Below are positions 30,301 to 43,700 of a stretch of DNA of 64,000 nucleotides, one piece after another. The notes under the pieces are model-generated. The model saw only the letters and a program-made list of their open reading frames with translations. It did no database searches and had not been told where the DNA came from. Source of the DNA: Tubulanus polymorphus (lineage: Eukaryota; Animalia; Nemertea); NCBI RefSeq assembly GCF_964204645.1, contig NC_134029.1:5518001-5582000 (forward strand), written 5' to 3'. Position numbers and translations under genes: made by a program. The stretch's first letter is position 1. Every line of letters starts with the position of its first letter.

Positions 30301-32873
30301 CCGCAATCATACCGAGCCATTTGGCACGGGTCAAACTGGTCCAGATCAGCAAATAATTCTTGTAAATCACTCACCTCGCTTGCCAGGGCACCATTTCCAT
30401 AGCATTTTCGCTCGAGGGTGTTTTAAAACTCTCCCGAAAAAGCTTCGAAACGATGCTGTGGCAAGTAAGGTCACTCCCAGGACCACTAGGCATTCGCACA
30501 GAATCTGACTAGTGCTGAAATCTTTTGCAACTTCGACGATTTTGTTCCGAGTCATACTTGCTCGTGTGATCGCGGATTTAGTGGACACAACGATTGAGTT
30601 TAAAGTTCGAATGAAACATGAAACACGATGTCGATTCTGAGCGCGCATCATGTATACATATATATATTCCCTGGGATGGGCTTGTTTTTCTTCCGTCTTA
30701 GAGTAATTCATACCTTCGGGTATTAAAACCCGTAGGGTAAAGTCTACATAGACCACGCACTTCCTGATAATATGCATATACTGATGCGATTTGTAGTATC
30801 GAAAGTACTGCCTTCGATTTTCCAGTAGCATATGTAGGTCTATATTGTTTAATACACCTTTTGATCTGGTTCGTAGTTTTTGTTCTCGTCCGTCGTGTGT
30901 GGGAGATTAGAAATAGAACCCGCTACGGGTTCTCTCATCTTTCGTATTTATTCATCATTCCCTGTGCATTTCTTCGATTTTTGCATCCATACAAATCTCC
31001 CCGTCGCAATACAGTGCAAAGAATCCTTTTTTATCGATTATTTCGCTCGGAATTAAAACTAAAACTCAATGAGAAATGGAATCTTTGGAAGGAATTAGAA
31101 TATTCTGAATGATACAAAATCATTTTCCTTGAAAACCGGAGGCAAAATGTGCGTTGGTTTTGCGCAAAATGTGGTGGATCAAAAATCAAATTGATCGCTC
31201 GGGTGAGTTCTCATCAGTATGCAATGAACGGTTTGATTATAGCCGATATCCATTTCACGTAATTTCGATTTTACATTCAAGATGATTCGATCAATCATGT
31301 TTTACTTATTTCACTGTACAGACATTAGATTTAAAACGGCGATCGAAAAATGCCAAATACCACTTTAAAACCCAGTGATTCACCGAAATCCATATTCGTT
31401 AGGGTGACGTAAGGACACACGCAAGAAATATTGCCAAACAGGGCTTGTTGTTTGAAGTAAATCCGCTCCTTGTTTGCTGTGGTGAATATAGCAATTCAGA
31501 CGACATCCAATATCACTTTCATTTGGGAACTTTCCCCTCGTATCATTGTGACACCGACACAAGGTGACATTGAGAATTCGATGAATATTTGTTTGATGCC
31601 GCAGAAAGAACTATTACGTACAACTCAAGCGATCGCCCCTAATGTTACTGCTTCCTTGGAGTAATCATTGAATTATTACACCAAGCTGCTTAAGCGTTCA
31701 AGATCGCGATCAATGCATTAAAATGAAGAGAACTGGAAGATCCCGAGTGACAGTTTACAACCAACAATTAATTACATCTTGAACATCGCGCCTTCACTTC
31801 TAAACTAACATTTTCATTTTCACCGTACCATTAAATAGTACTTTAATGCGCCATTAGTTTTAGAAAAGCAAGCTGCCGGTTCGTGCAAGCCAGATGTACC
31901 TTGATCACTTCGGTTGTTGAAACAACCCCGTCGACCGCAAAAGCGTTCGTACTTTTGCGCCATGTTCATCACCCCGTTCAATGTTTACTTATGTAAATGA
32001 AGCTCTACAGCGCCCCCTAGAGGAACGATCCCACCTGCATCATCTCCCCGATAGTTTATATAGTTGCATTGTTTACGTTGGCCGCTGTAACAAGTCCAAT
32101 GAGTAAACACGAAAATTGTATTAACGGAACATTTGCCTCTTTGAAAACGGAATACACCACACAACTCGTCATCTGGTAGATTTCAGAAAGTTTCCGTCGA
32201 TTAGTAATCTATATCATAATAACAATAAAATGCTTTTCATTACTTAAATATGCTACTTACGTTCTTCCCGCAGTATAAAGAATTTGCTCTTTTTTTCAGG
32301 CGCGGTAACACCCTTCCCCCAGTCTACTTGCTCGTAATGTACATTCTGTTTTCTTTAACAATAATCTTTTCGACACTTCTTAGATAATAACGAAATAAAT
32401 CCATGCGTAGTCATTGCGGAAAATTCTAAAATCTTAAGTTTTTGATTTTCTATCTATTCGCTATACAAATCCTACAGTATCCGTCAAATCAGTGGAAAGA
32501 AAGGTTCACCATCGGGGAACATCTATCGCTCAAGGCGGTTGCATTGCATATGAATCGCCTGTTGCTTTGATATCTGCGTACATCTCTGGAATCGGTTTTA
32601 TATCTCGGAGCTGGCTCAATTAAAGTATGGCACGCGAGTAATTCTACAGCGTGAAGCGGTGTGTATCGCTCATACATAACGAGACTTAAAGCGCCACCTT
32701 ACGATAAGAGTCCGGAGATGTTCCTTATGATTCTTAAATATCACGCTGAACGGTTAATGAACAACATTCATTATTGATACGAACGGTTCTATATCGTTCA
32801 AAGGCCAGTTTTGCCTGAGTTTTGAGTGATATTTTTTGTCTTGTGACAGATCTTTAATAAACGTGGATAATTA

Positions 32874-33062
<189 letters not shown>

Positions 33063-33772
33063 TATATAGTACGTGAATTAACCTACAATTCTTTACCGCG
33101 AAACCTGCTTAGATTTGTCGTCTGCATCTGGAGTGATAATCGTATTCACAAACTGAGTGGTCAATCAGATAATATTCGACTTCGACCAAAAACGGGTGAA
33201 ATTCAATGCGTAAAGCAGATGTAAATAACGCCCGCAGTATGTTACCCGAGGTGACGTCCACGGTATGCTGATGCACTACCTAGCGTTTAAAGACATCATT
33301 AACATTGCTTTGATCCTCGCCAACATGTCACCAGACACTCCAGACCAAAGGTTGCTAGGGAAATTCGGGCTTCAAATATGGGATGTGGAATCGAGACGAT
33401 ATGAAACAAAAAAGAACCGCTCACTCCCGGATTATGTATAGTTATTATGTACGCAACGATATTCAGAAAAAAATGTGAAAATTTCACTATTTACTGACAC
33501 TAAACGTGACAAATCGACATTTATGTATCATTAGTATATTTGAATCGGAATTAATTGCACCTTATCCTCTGAGGATATCAATCATTACAACGTACCAACA
33601 ATCCATTAAATATCATAAAATATTCAACTCACAAATTTCATTTCATCTGGCGTCGAAAAAGTAATGCAGGCAAATTCTACGGGCAATATTAGTTCCAGAG
33701 GCAATGATTTCTGGTTGAAGATTAACGAATTTATAACTATAAGATGTAATACATTTTACATGGCTATCACCT

Positions 33773-34005
33773 AGGTCCGGTTTCACGAACAGGGATTCAT
33801 TCATTCATTCATATTTTATTGGTCAAAAAGATAATTTGCATTGAGTAAAAAGTACAAATATACAGAAATTGATTTAGCAAAGATAATAACAGATCACAAA
33901 CCTTTAATAATATAAACAACGAGAAGGAGAGGAATTAAGCCCCTAATACGGGTCAATTTACTGATTCAGATTTAAAGTTAACCCCCGTTGGTGAAACCGG
34001 CACCT
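33773..34005. mobile_element. Small TIR element containing a probable retrotransposon tail
   Basis: Inverted ends aggtccggtttcacgaacagggatt / aacccccgttggtgaaaccggcacct. Internal (ATTC)4 plus tttatt at 33795-33820 reads as AATAAA followed by a (GAAT)n tail on the minus strand. Confidence 0.55.
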
Positions 34006-37000
34006 CGGAAATAATGATATGATTGTCAATCCAAGACCCTGGAAGCTCGTATGTCATTCCACCCCATATCCATCAGTTCATATCTTCATTGGGAAAATGA
34101 CCACCGCCCATCGTGATAATATTAAATTCAATTCCTGTCCAGAACAGCGGACATATTCTCTGAAATACTTGTCACACCCTGTCTATGTCCCGGGTGTATG
34201 TACATATTACGCTTTAGGGAAATAACTGAATGCAAACATTATCAGCAAATCGCAAAAACACATTATTGTTTGAAATACGTTAATGATATCTCTTCATTAA
34301 CTGTAAGCCATTAATGGCGCATTTTATTTGCAATATGCTCTTAGGCAAAGAAAAATACAAGAAATGAATTTAATTTTTTTCTGGCTTATTGTAGAGAATT
34401 GAAAAACGGTAATAGAGAATAGTAACGAAACAAGAAAACTAACTTGAAAGTTTATTAAAGCCTTGAAAAACAACAAACGAATATTGGTCAATATTGCTGA
34501 CAACTATGATACAGAAATTACCAAAAATACATAAAGAGGTAATTTTGATAGTACGTACAATATAGAGCGTCAATAAAGTTATTTCGCATTTGAATATATC
34601 GATTATTGAATTGAATTGCCTGGCTTCCAATCCAGCGCCGATGTGTTGATGACGTAGTGCACATCCTCTCAAAATTTACTCATCAAAAATTTATCAAATA
34701 GAAAATAGGAGTGATGAAATATGTTTAATTACAAAATAAATGCCAAATTTTGAGTTATTGATGACGTAGTGCACATCAACTCACAGGGAACTCCTTAAAT
34801 AATGCATAGCAGTTATCAATGTATATAAACATTATTGCAACGGTTTATACGGCGTCAAAAGCCTGTGTATTAACGTAAAGTATCCATTATAATTCAAGGA
34901 TCATATTGATTCAGTTGATTAAACAACTTTAAATCCTTCAGGTTTTGTGAAGAATCAATCGATTTATCATAATATTCCCAGTCTCAGGTGACATACTAAG
35001 TGATTATACATTTTGTTTAGTTGAAGCTGTTTGTAGCCTGCGGTGACAAAACAACGCGCTTCAATCACTTATCGTATATGTTGTTATCGACCGAAAGTGC
35101 AATCGTAGGCTGATTGTTGAAGCCTTCGAATTCTTATCCAGCGTCCAACTTTCAACACGCTACCTGGAGACTACGGAAGTGACCTAAAGACGCCATTCAG
35201 GAATGAATATATATTAATTTTGAAACCTTGTTTCTCACTTCGGCTGAGCTTAAGGAGTTCCCCGTCTAAGTACCATGTACATTATCTATTTCTAAATCAC
35301 GTTCAAGCTAGCAATAACAGACCCGGCAGTTTTAGAAATGAACTGATTACAAATTTGATCGCAGTTTACAAAAGTAACCTGGCCGATTAGGAGCAACAAG
35401 GTATCATTTTTGTTTAGCCTTAGATTTCATTTTATGTCGAGTTAAAATTTCAATCAAATTTCAATTACATACGAACAATAAAAGATTTTACCGATTTTAT
35501 ATGCGGTCCATTCAATGTTTACAGATATGTTTAAGTTGTATGTTTCGTAACTGACAATGAAAGTTGAGAGCTTTCAACAACACGAAAACAAAAGAAATAC
35601 CAAAAGGGTCACGTACGAAATCGTGTACTAGAAACCATAGAAACAGAGTTCGTTGCTTTTGAAAGAGTTGACTGGGTGATTTCTCAGATCTCTTGCCCAT
35701 TGTATTATCGGTTTTAAATAGCTTTTTTAAAAATCAATTTCCACATAGAATCTGCGTGCGTTTTTGAATCGCAATCTCGTTAATAACGATAAAAACCCGG
35801 GTTTAATTAGGACAGAATATAAACGTACTAATTCTCTGATGGGTAATCTGATAGCAAGTATTAGAAACTGAAATGTATGCACCGAGTTACTCCTACCGAG
35901 AACTGTGAAATGAAATCTTCGAGTCAATGTTCAATGTCAACCAGTGACATGGCCGTGACAAAAATTTGGTGCCGGTATTTAAATGGAACTGACTGCATTA
36001 GGGGCTGTTTCGGTTTTCTGGCATTTGTTTTTACTAATCGAATTAGATTTCTTTATATATTTCCTTATGGCCGAACGTTGTAGGCAAATGGAAAGGCCTC
36101 GGATGTTAGAATGGTTACAATAACTACGATTAATAGTGCTTATTTGAATATATTGTCTTCTTTACTGGAAAGGGGGAAGGTATCCAAAGGTGCTTGTACA
36201 TTTCAGTTTTAGATTGTTTTCTTTTTAAATGTTTTAGCCCAATGATAAAGTACTGATACTAGTTCTTTGCGAAATTATCATTCTAAGGATTTATTTCCAA
36301 TTCAAACATGACTTTCGGAAATCTTCAATTAGCATAATGTAAAAGTGCTACAACCCCGTAAGAGGTAAAATATATAATTTCAAGTACGAAAGTGATAGAA
36401 AATATTCAACAAATCATTAGGCTTTTTGAAAATGTCATATTTTTAAAAGTTCACTTTGAAAAATGATGATATGTTCCCTCGCTGAAAGGTATGTATAATA
36501 CAGTTGTAAAATATCTGAGGAAGAGGTGATTTGCATCAATCAAGTCGTTAAAGATGATCATAATTGAGGCTTCACATAAATAATTCCTATAATAAACTCG
36601 TTAATGGTGGCTATATCTGGCTACATCTGGCTACTCACGACAAGTATATTAACAACGTAAAGTGATTCGAGATTGAGTTCAATGAACCACAGTATTTATC
36701 TGAACACCGTGGTTTTGCGAACAGAATTGAAACCCTGGATCCAGTATCATCAGCAGAATGATGAATTTTCTTAGATGACATTTTAGCAAAAAAATAAATC
36801 AGAAACATCTACACATGTTCCTAGGGATATTTTTGAGAATTATGATGAATCGGGGAATGAATTTATTTTATTGCAATGACGACTAGTGTGTAAAATCGAC
36901 TGTCTTGTGGATAATTCCCGAAAACAAGGAAAAGTGACTCGATTCCGTTCGATTTCTTTATGAAAGACTTGGTTGGATTTCGCAATTTCTCTGAAAGGAA

Positions 37001-37430
37001 TTGACTGACTTTCATAACGGTAAAATACGTTAAGTTTCTCAGCCATTTCTTGCCTAATGGTTCCTATGCATTAAACCTATACATTTATACATGAGATTAA
37101 CTTCGTAATCTAACGTGAACGTGTAGTCTAGCTGAATATTTCAAATAAAATGAGTACTTTGCAAAAAGAAAACACTTAACATTTTATTTTTTATGGGATC
37201 CGAGGCCAGTCGCACAGTCTTCGCGACGTAAACGTCGTCTTACATCATGAGTAAAGAACTGAGATAGTCTTTTAAACATTACTGATTATCAAACTGAATT
37301 ACTGGTCTCAAATTTAGGCCAGACTGTACAAATGGGTTCCGAGATTCACAGCTAACAATAGCCGAGCCGAAGAAAAACTATCCATTCGTCAGAAAAAAAT
37401 AGTTTAAAGGATAAAACGAATCAAACTTAC

Positions 37431-38200
37431 GCAAAGCTGAGCAGACGGTTCCTGTTAAAATCATGTTGGTAGTGTTGTAATGAGACAAAACGCCAATAGA
37501 CTGAAAACTTTTATTCCATTAGGCACACCGGCAAATATTCTCCACCGAATGTTTTAATCCATTTGGTAAATGAAAACGTTTGCAGCCGTTGCCGGATCGT
37601 GGATCTTTATTCCATTCAGTGGCGTTGAATTATCGCGGGTTGTGATGAATCGAGTGATGAACCGAGTGGTGATGATGATGTTATCCTCACCAACCACGTA
37701 CTGAAACTGTCGCTATAGGTACCATCGCACCACAGCTTAATTAACATAACGTCGCCACCCTTGTCAGAATATGCACAAAATAGGCGGATGTTTATTTTCG
37801 CTGGTTGATATATTTCGACGTCTGAAAATCGGCTTCCCTTAATTTGGCCACGGGTATCGCAACATAGGTTGTTGATTGCTGCTGAGAGTGGCAGAGATTC
37901 GAACGTTCACCGTTTCAAAAGCGATGACGATTGTTTCTGAATTTGTGAATCATCGAAAACTCATTCGAATAAACAATTGAAGTACATATTGGATCATTCG
38001 AATCGCGTGGCAGAGAAAAACGTTTTTTTCTGTTTGCCGCGAGTTCGTTTCGATCGCGAGATGTGTTCGTCTCGTCAAAGGTTGCCATAAGATAGCGTAT
38101 ATCGGAAGGGGGCGCTCAGCCAGAGCCGCCCCAAATTTCGGGGTTTTTCGTTTTTTTCTGCTCAGAATAGCCGGATGGTCGCTTCCCACTATAAATTGCC
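37431..38200 (-). other. Candidate upstream 5' UTR / first exon of the TRPC gene (5' boundary uncertain)
   Basis: Donor GC|GTAAGT at 37430-37425. The upstream sequence is CpG-rich and UTR-like. Exon nucleotides 37435-37444 are complementary to the first 10 nt of the TRPC coding exon. No transcript data. Confidence 0.45.
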
Positions 38201-40589
38201 GGCGTCACGAATATACGTCACCTACTTAGCACGCGACCTTGGATCGACGTAATGATGACCCATGTGCATAAAGATTTAGCAGACAATCTAGCTATGAAGG
38301 CCACTGCAAACATTTTTGTTTCAGACAATGAACACCGTCTGTTTGGAAAATTCAGAATAATTTGACGTTGATCACTTGAAAATTCGTTTTTCATAGGGGA
38401 GAATTCCATTCTGGGTTGCATAAAAATCATATTTCCTGGCATGAAAAGATCTTCAGGGGAGGGCCCTATTTGTAATTCTGGGCCACCCCTGCCCTTTTAC
38501 TTCCGACGGGTCTGAAATGGATGTTATGTCAATTGCGCGTGACATGAATGCTGAGGTAATCAATAAGCTACAAGAGGCTGCAAACATTCACAGAAAAATA
38601 CTACATATACTCGGATTCGAACCTGCGGCATGTGTCTTTCTCCGGGACGTTGATCATATAAGTTGTGCGGATGTTGATTAGACGAGGTAGCACCGAGGCG
38701 AGGTTCAAAGATGTCACATGATTTACGGAGCTGTAGTTTCTGGCTCTTAGATAATTTATTAAAACCATGATTACTTTCGTGGTGAGGAATTCTAATGAGT
38801 CGCCAAGCAATCGAAAAACAACTAGGCGAAGAAGGCAATATCTAATCGCCTGTTCGTTGTTTTCTCCCTAATTTCTAGATGCAAATCTAGTATACAAATG
38901 GATTAAGATGGTTTTGCAAGTCCGTTTTCAAATATCACCAAGCAATGGAAAACAACTAGTTGTTTCCCCCTTCTGTCTATTATTCAAATGGATTCAGATG
39001 GTATTGTTATTCCAATTTCAAATTTGACAAATGAGTTGAATATTTCAAAATGTGCAAATGCATTTGCCAAACGCTGTGCAAATTATGATACCTATATCAT
39101 CAGATGTGGAAAGCGATTTTCATTTGAAGACGTGGAAATACGTAATGAGCATTAATGAATACGAACTTACGATACCAACTTTACCCCTGCTAAATTGACT
39201 TTTAAATCATTAAATCGAATAAAAGCTGCCGACGCCCATATCACTGATGATGTACCATGTATCTAACGCCTATATCATCAAATACATATTATGTTAGGCA
39301 ACCAATTTTCATCAAAATCAGGGAGTATTCAATATTCAAACTTGGATTGATGATGTATTGCTGTCGAAAAGCTCAAGGAAGCCATGAACTGATCGTTAAG
39401 CATGAGAAATCGGCACAAAGAAATGTTTATAATGCTTTCATATATTTCGTTTTATTCCCATAAAAATAAACTATGGCCACAGTATAACAACATGGAACGA
39501 CATTTATTCATATACCCGCTCTCCACTACACACCATAGAGCGATTCACATAAAATATATCATCAAACATTACATTTCAATAAAATGTCGTTTAAAATGGT
39601 AAATTTTAACATCAACATTCGTGCAGCTGCGTTGATTAAAGGGTAGATTGTTCCATAAAATTGGAGCAGCCGAGGCAAAAACTCTTTAAACGTAAAACAT
39701 TGTATTGTTTTTCGTGTATATATCAATTTGTTTTATGCTATACAACGAAGGGAAAGACTTTGCGCGTACATATATATAAATATATGTATATACGTTGAAT
39801 ACAAAAATAATGTAATGAAAGAACAAGAGTTTAGCATAAATGTATTGATAATCTACGACTTATATTTCGTGACGGCATTCATTGATTATGTTACATTTAC
39901 CGTTTATCTTTATTATTTGTTAACAGGGTGTGGTTGGTTATGTAGTTTTACATCGCCCGCGAGCCTCTTCCAACGACTATATAGTTTGTGATTTAATGGA
40001 ACTAATTTCTCGCTGCAAATGCGGAACTTGCGTGTAACCAGCCACAAATCGTGCAGATCGATGTCTATCTAATCAAATGCCCGTGTTGTCTTTCGTGTGA
40101 CTTATTCCACCCTTTAGAATGAACCCAATTAAAAACCGTGTGTAAAACAAAAAATAACATGAATTGAACAATATTGTAAATGCTCAAAACATGTGATTCA
40201 AAAAATTATTGATATACTAAAAATGATTGATATTCTGTCACTGACCCAGTTCCACAGTTTGGTGTTAGGAAATTTGACTTTATTGGTAGGTAATGGCAGT
40301 AGATTGACACAGAGTCATAAATAACTTGCAATGTGGAACTGGGCCCTGGGGCAATCAGTATGACAACTACACTTCGCTGTTGTCGTCTTGTTCTGCGGCA
40401 ACGCAAAAGGACGACTATATGACGATACGCTACAAACCATCTGAAAATAAACCATCAATAAATGAAGTTATTACTAAGACAGAATAAAACGATGCAGGGC
40501 GAATTTATTGAAGATCCCTTCACCTTCATCGCCTCTTATTCTGTCGGCGTAGCGCTGTCCTGAGTGAATAGGAAGTAGTTGCCACTCGA

Positions 40590-40745
40590 TCATCTTGGTC
40601 TCCGATTAATTTCATCGGTATAGTATTGGAATGACCACTGTTGCGATTTATGGGAATTGCATGTGCTGAGTTTGATTCGGAAACCCGATTCCGTGTTGCT
40701 GTCCAAACATCGTTTTGTCTGTCTATTGAACAGTGCTCCAGTCTC
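40590..40745 (-). CDS. GALNT: GALNT exon 12 (ricin gamma repeat and stop)
   Basis: [51 protein letters not shown]; acceptor ttttcttacag. Confidence 0.92.
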   Translation of the reverse strand, partial: ETGALFNRQTKRCLDSNTESGFRIKLSTCNSHKSQQWSFQYYTDEINRRPR

Positions 40746-43700
40746 CTGTAAGAAAAGATTTTCAAATGCATACATATTTTTTTATTATTTTGAGACTATA
40801 TACATAACATCGTATTGCCTTCCGAAATGCTTCATACCGATGCGAGCTTTTTGGCACATTTTCGATACACAAAATATCAATGCCGACACTGAACTCTGGG
40901 ATTTGTGCCATAGGGTCTCCATACCAGTGATGTCGGTCATAAAAAGTTGCAGTGGGTTATTTGGTGTGAAACCATCAGTAACTTTCCCTAAGCAGAATAA
41001 ATCGACCAGCACAAATAGTTGTCATTGCGCAATGGCATCCATCGTGAGTAAACCGAAACGGAGAAGAGAAAAGTGAATTCTGTTGAATGGCGTGGTTTTG
41101 CTACGGTCTGATCTTGGAGTGATCATTGAATTCAATGTTTATTCCAAGGTCTGATCGTTTGAAATACAAAGCACGTACAGCAATGCCATTTCATCGCCGT
41201 CAGGCTCAATTAATTCCATTCCGATTTTCGCAGTTCTCCAAACTGGTAGAGAAATCACGGGGCGCCATTGCACTTGTCTTTCGTGCCTCCTCCAAAAATT
41301 TTTATTTCAGCATATTTATTATCAGGGAGGTCTGGGGATTCAAAATCAGTAACTTTTGACCCAAAAAGCTTACTTTTTCATTTGTTGAAATTTTGATATT
41401 TTGGGCCCTAAATCCGGTGTAAATTCGCCGATTCGCGACGTCAACGACGCCATATTGGATGTCAATCAGTTTCCCTCCACTGAAATGTCATGACATTAAA
41501 AGTTTGCAAAAACCATGTTTTCAAACATAACCATCTCTGAAAATGACGCGTATGTTTGCATTATTTTCATACGTAGCTATTGATTTAAAGATGTTCTGAT
41601 GAAGGAAAGTTATATGCCCTTAAACAAAAATTTGTCAATTCAATTCAATTATATTTATTGAGACATATTTATTGAGATGTTTTTAGGTGGTAATTAGTGC
41701 GGAAACATGGCCGACCCGTCGGGTTGAATCGAAGAAATCGGCGCCAAATTATCAGAATTTTGACTTGGAAAAAAATCTTCTTTTTTGGTCAAAAGTAATT
41801 TATTTTTACTCAACATACCTTCCTGATTAATAATATACAGGAATGAAAGTTTTTGGGATGGGGGTACGAAAGTGCACTAGCGCCAATTACGGTCTCAATT
41901 CTACTGGTTTATGCGAGTTCTGTTGAAATCGGTTTCACAATCTTTCTGATCATCTTTCCGAATTCCATGCATTCAGCAATGAGAACTGTGCCAAAACTCT
42001 TGATATAATTGAACCCATCCGATTAATTAAAATTTAAAGATTCGTAGTTTTACAGAATTACAAATACATGTATTGTCTCTATTGAAACTAGTCAGTAACC
42101 TGTCTGTGGTTTAGTTTCACAATCGGATATTTTCACAAACCACAGTCAGGAATGGGAAGGTCATTTTTGTATGAAATCTTCGTCAGCCAATTTGACTGAC
42201 GAGTAATTTGCCTGGCATTTCATTGTCTCTTAAGATATCTGTCTAATTTTTGTTGTAATCGACGCACAACAGATTCGTAGTTTGTCTGATACCTATAACA
42301 CCTCACCTGACGATCTTAATCCATGTGCAAATCGGCCGTAAAGTGAGAGTAAATTTCCGTCCAGTCAACAGCTGCCATTTTGAAAATTACTGGAGGTGCT
42401 GGCACCTGTGGACTGAGGCCAGGACAACAGCACAAACTAACAAAGCGAAACGACGAAATTTAAAAAAATTAAGAAATCAACACATTCACATTTTTCTTTT
42501 ACCAGAAATTTATTATTTCATTATTTGTTATGGAAAACACGAAGATTTGAAATAAAAGTTGGAAAACCATCAAAAATAAAAATTGTCGTTTCGTCTTGGA
42601 AGTTTTATATAAATCCTTGTAGGTCCCCTTGTCTTATCATGCCACATGTGCAATACAGAGAAATGGCGGCCAATGGCGAAATTTGTGGAGAAATTAATTA
42701 ATTTCTCAAAATAATGTTGATTAATCACTCGAAACATACATAAAATTGGATTATTTCGAAAGGTACCTGTGTTAGTTTGTGAATAAAGCCATTAATTGTG
42801 GACTGAAGTGAATAGAAAGTATATTTTTGAAGTGTTACTTTTTTCAACCGTGTTTTGGTCCTTGTCATCCCTAACGTTGGTATAAGCCCATCCGATTATA
42901 AAAAGCTTACCACCAACGATTAGGTAACTAACTATATTGAAACATGATGCGTACAATTTTTTTGGAAAGTAAAAAAGAAATCAAAAGCAATTATTCCGTA
43001 GTTACATCGCAGTACTAAATGAAAGTAAAATGTTCATAATTCAGGAATACCCTTCCAGTTACGTTTTTCACTACATTTTCCATTGTTTAGCCGTCCAATC
43101 CTCTGAATTTGGAAACATAGATAGTCCGTCCATCTGGTAACAAAATATCAGCTTGCATTACTGGAACCTGGTAAATCCGCCTGTTCTCCGCATATACAGC
43201 AGCATGATGGCCAACATAACCATCACGCACAATCCAGACAGAATCGTAAATACTAATCCAGCAATCTGCAGATTCAAAAATCCAATTGGTGTTATAGGTA
43301 AGTAACCAGGCCCTATCGGAGACTGGGCATCGACTAAGCCTGCACCCATGAAGACTTGGAATAGACTGTAAAACAGCACGGTCAGTTCAATACGCGAATT
43401 CATCTTCTAATCTCTTAAGCACTATTGAGTAAAGAGGATATTCAATGTGCACACAGGGGCTCGTATCAGAGTTATAGATTAATGTAAAAACGATAATCTG
43501 TTTATCCAATGTCTATAGTATATATAAAATAACACTATAGTAGACATTGGATTAACAGTTTATAGTTTTTCCATTACCTACCACTCTGATACGAGTCCCT
43601 GTGAATGTGCACCTGTTCGACGTAGTAGCTAAGTCGTCAAGTGCCTCGATTCACCCAGTCACATTAGTACCATGCGCTGATCATGCACGGGGAAATCCCA

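Noticed and set aside
40243-40592. SECIS element or selenocysteine readthrough of the GALNT TGA
   Set aside because: The downstream stem lacks the paired AUGA/GA quartet geometry, and readthrough would hit TAA after 17 codons
40785-42450. Exon-like segments at about 40837-40988 and 42307-42440 in the last GALNT intron
   Set aside because: Splice-like boundaries but no ricin-repeat or other recognisable motif, and the second has stops in all frames
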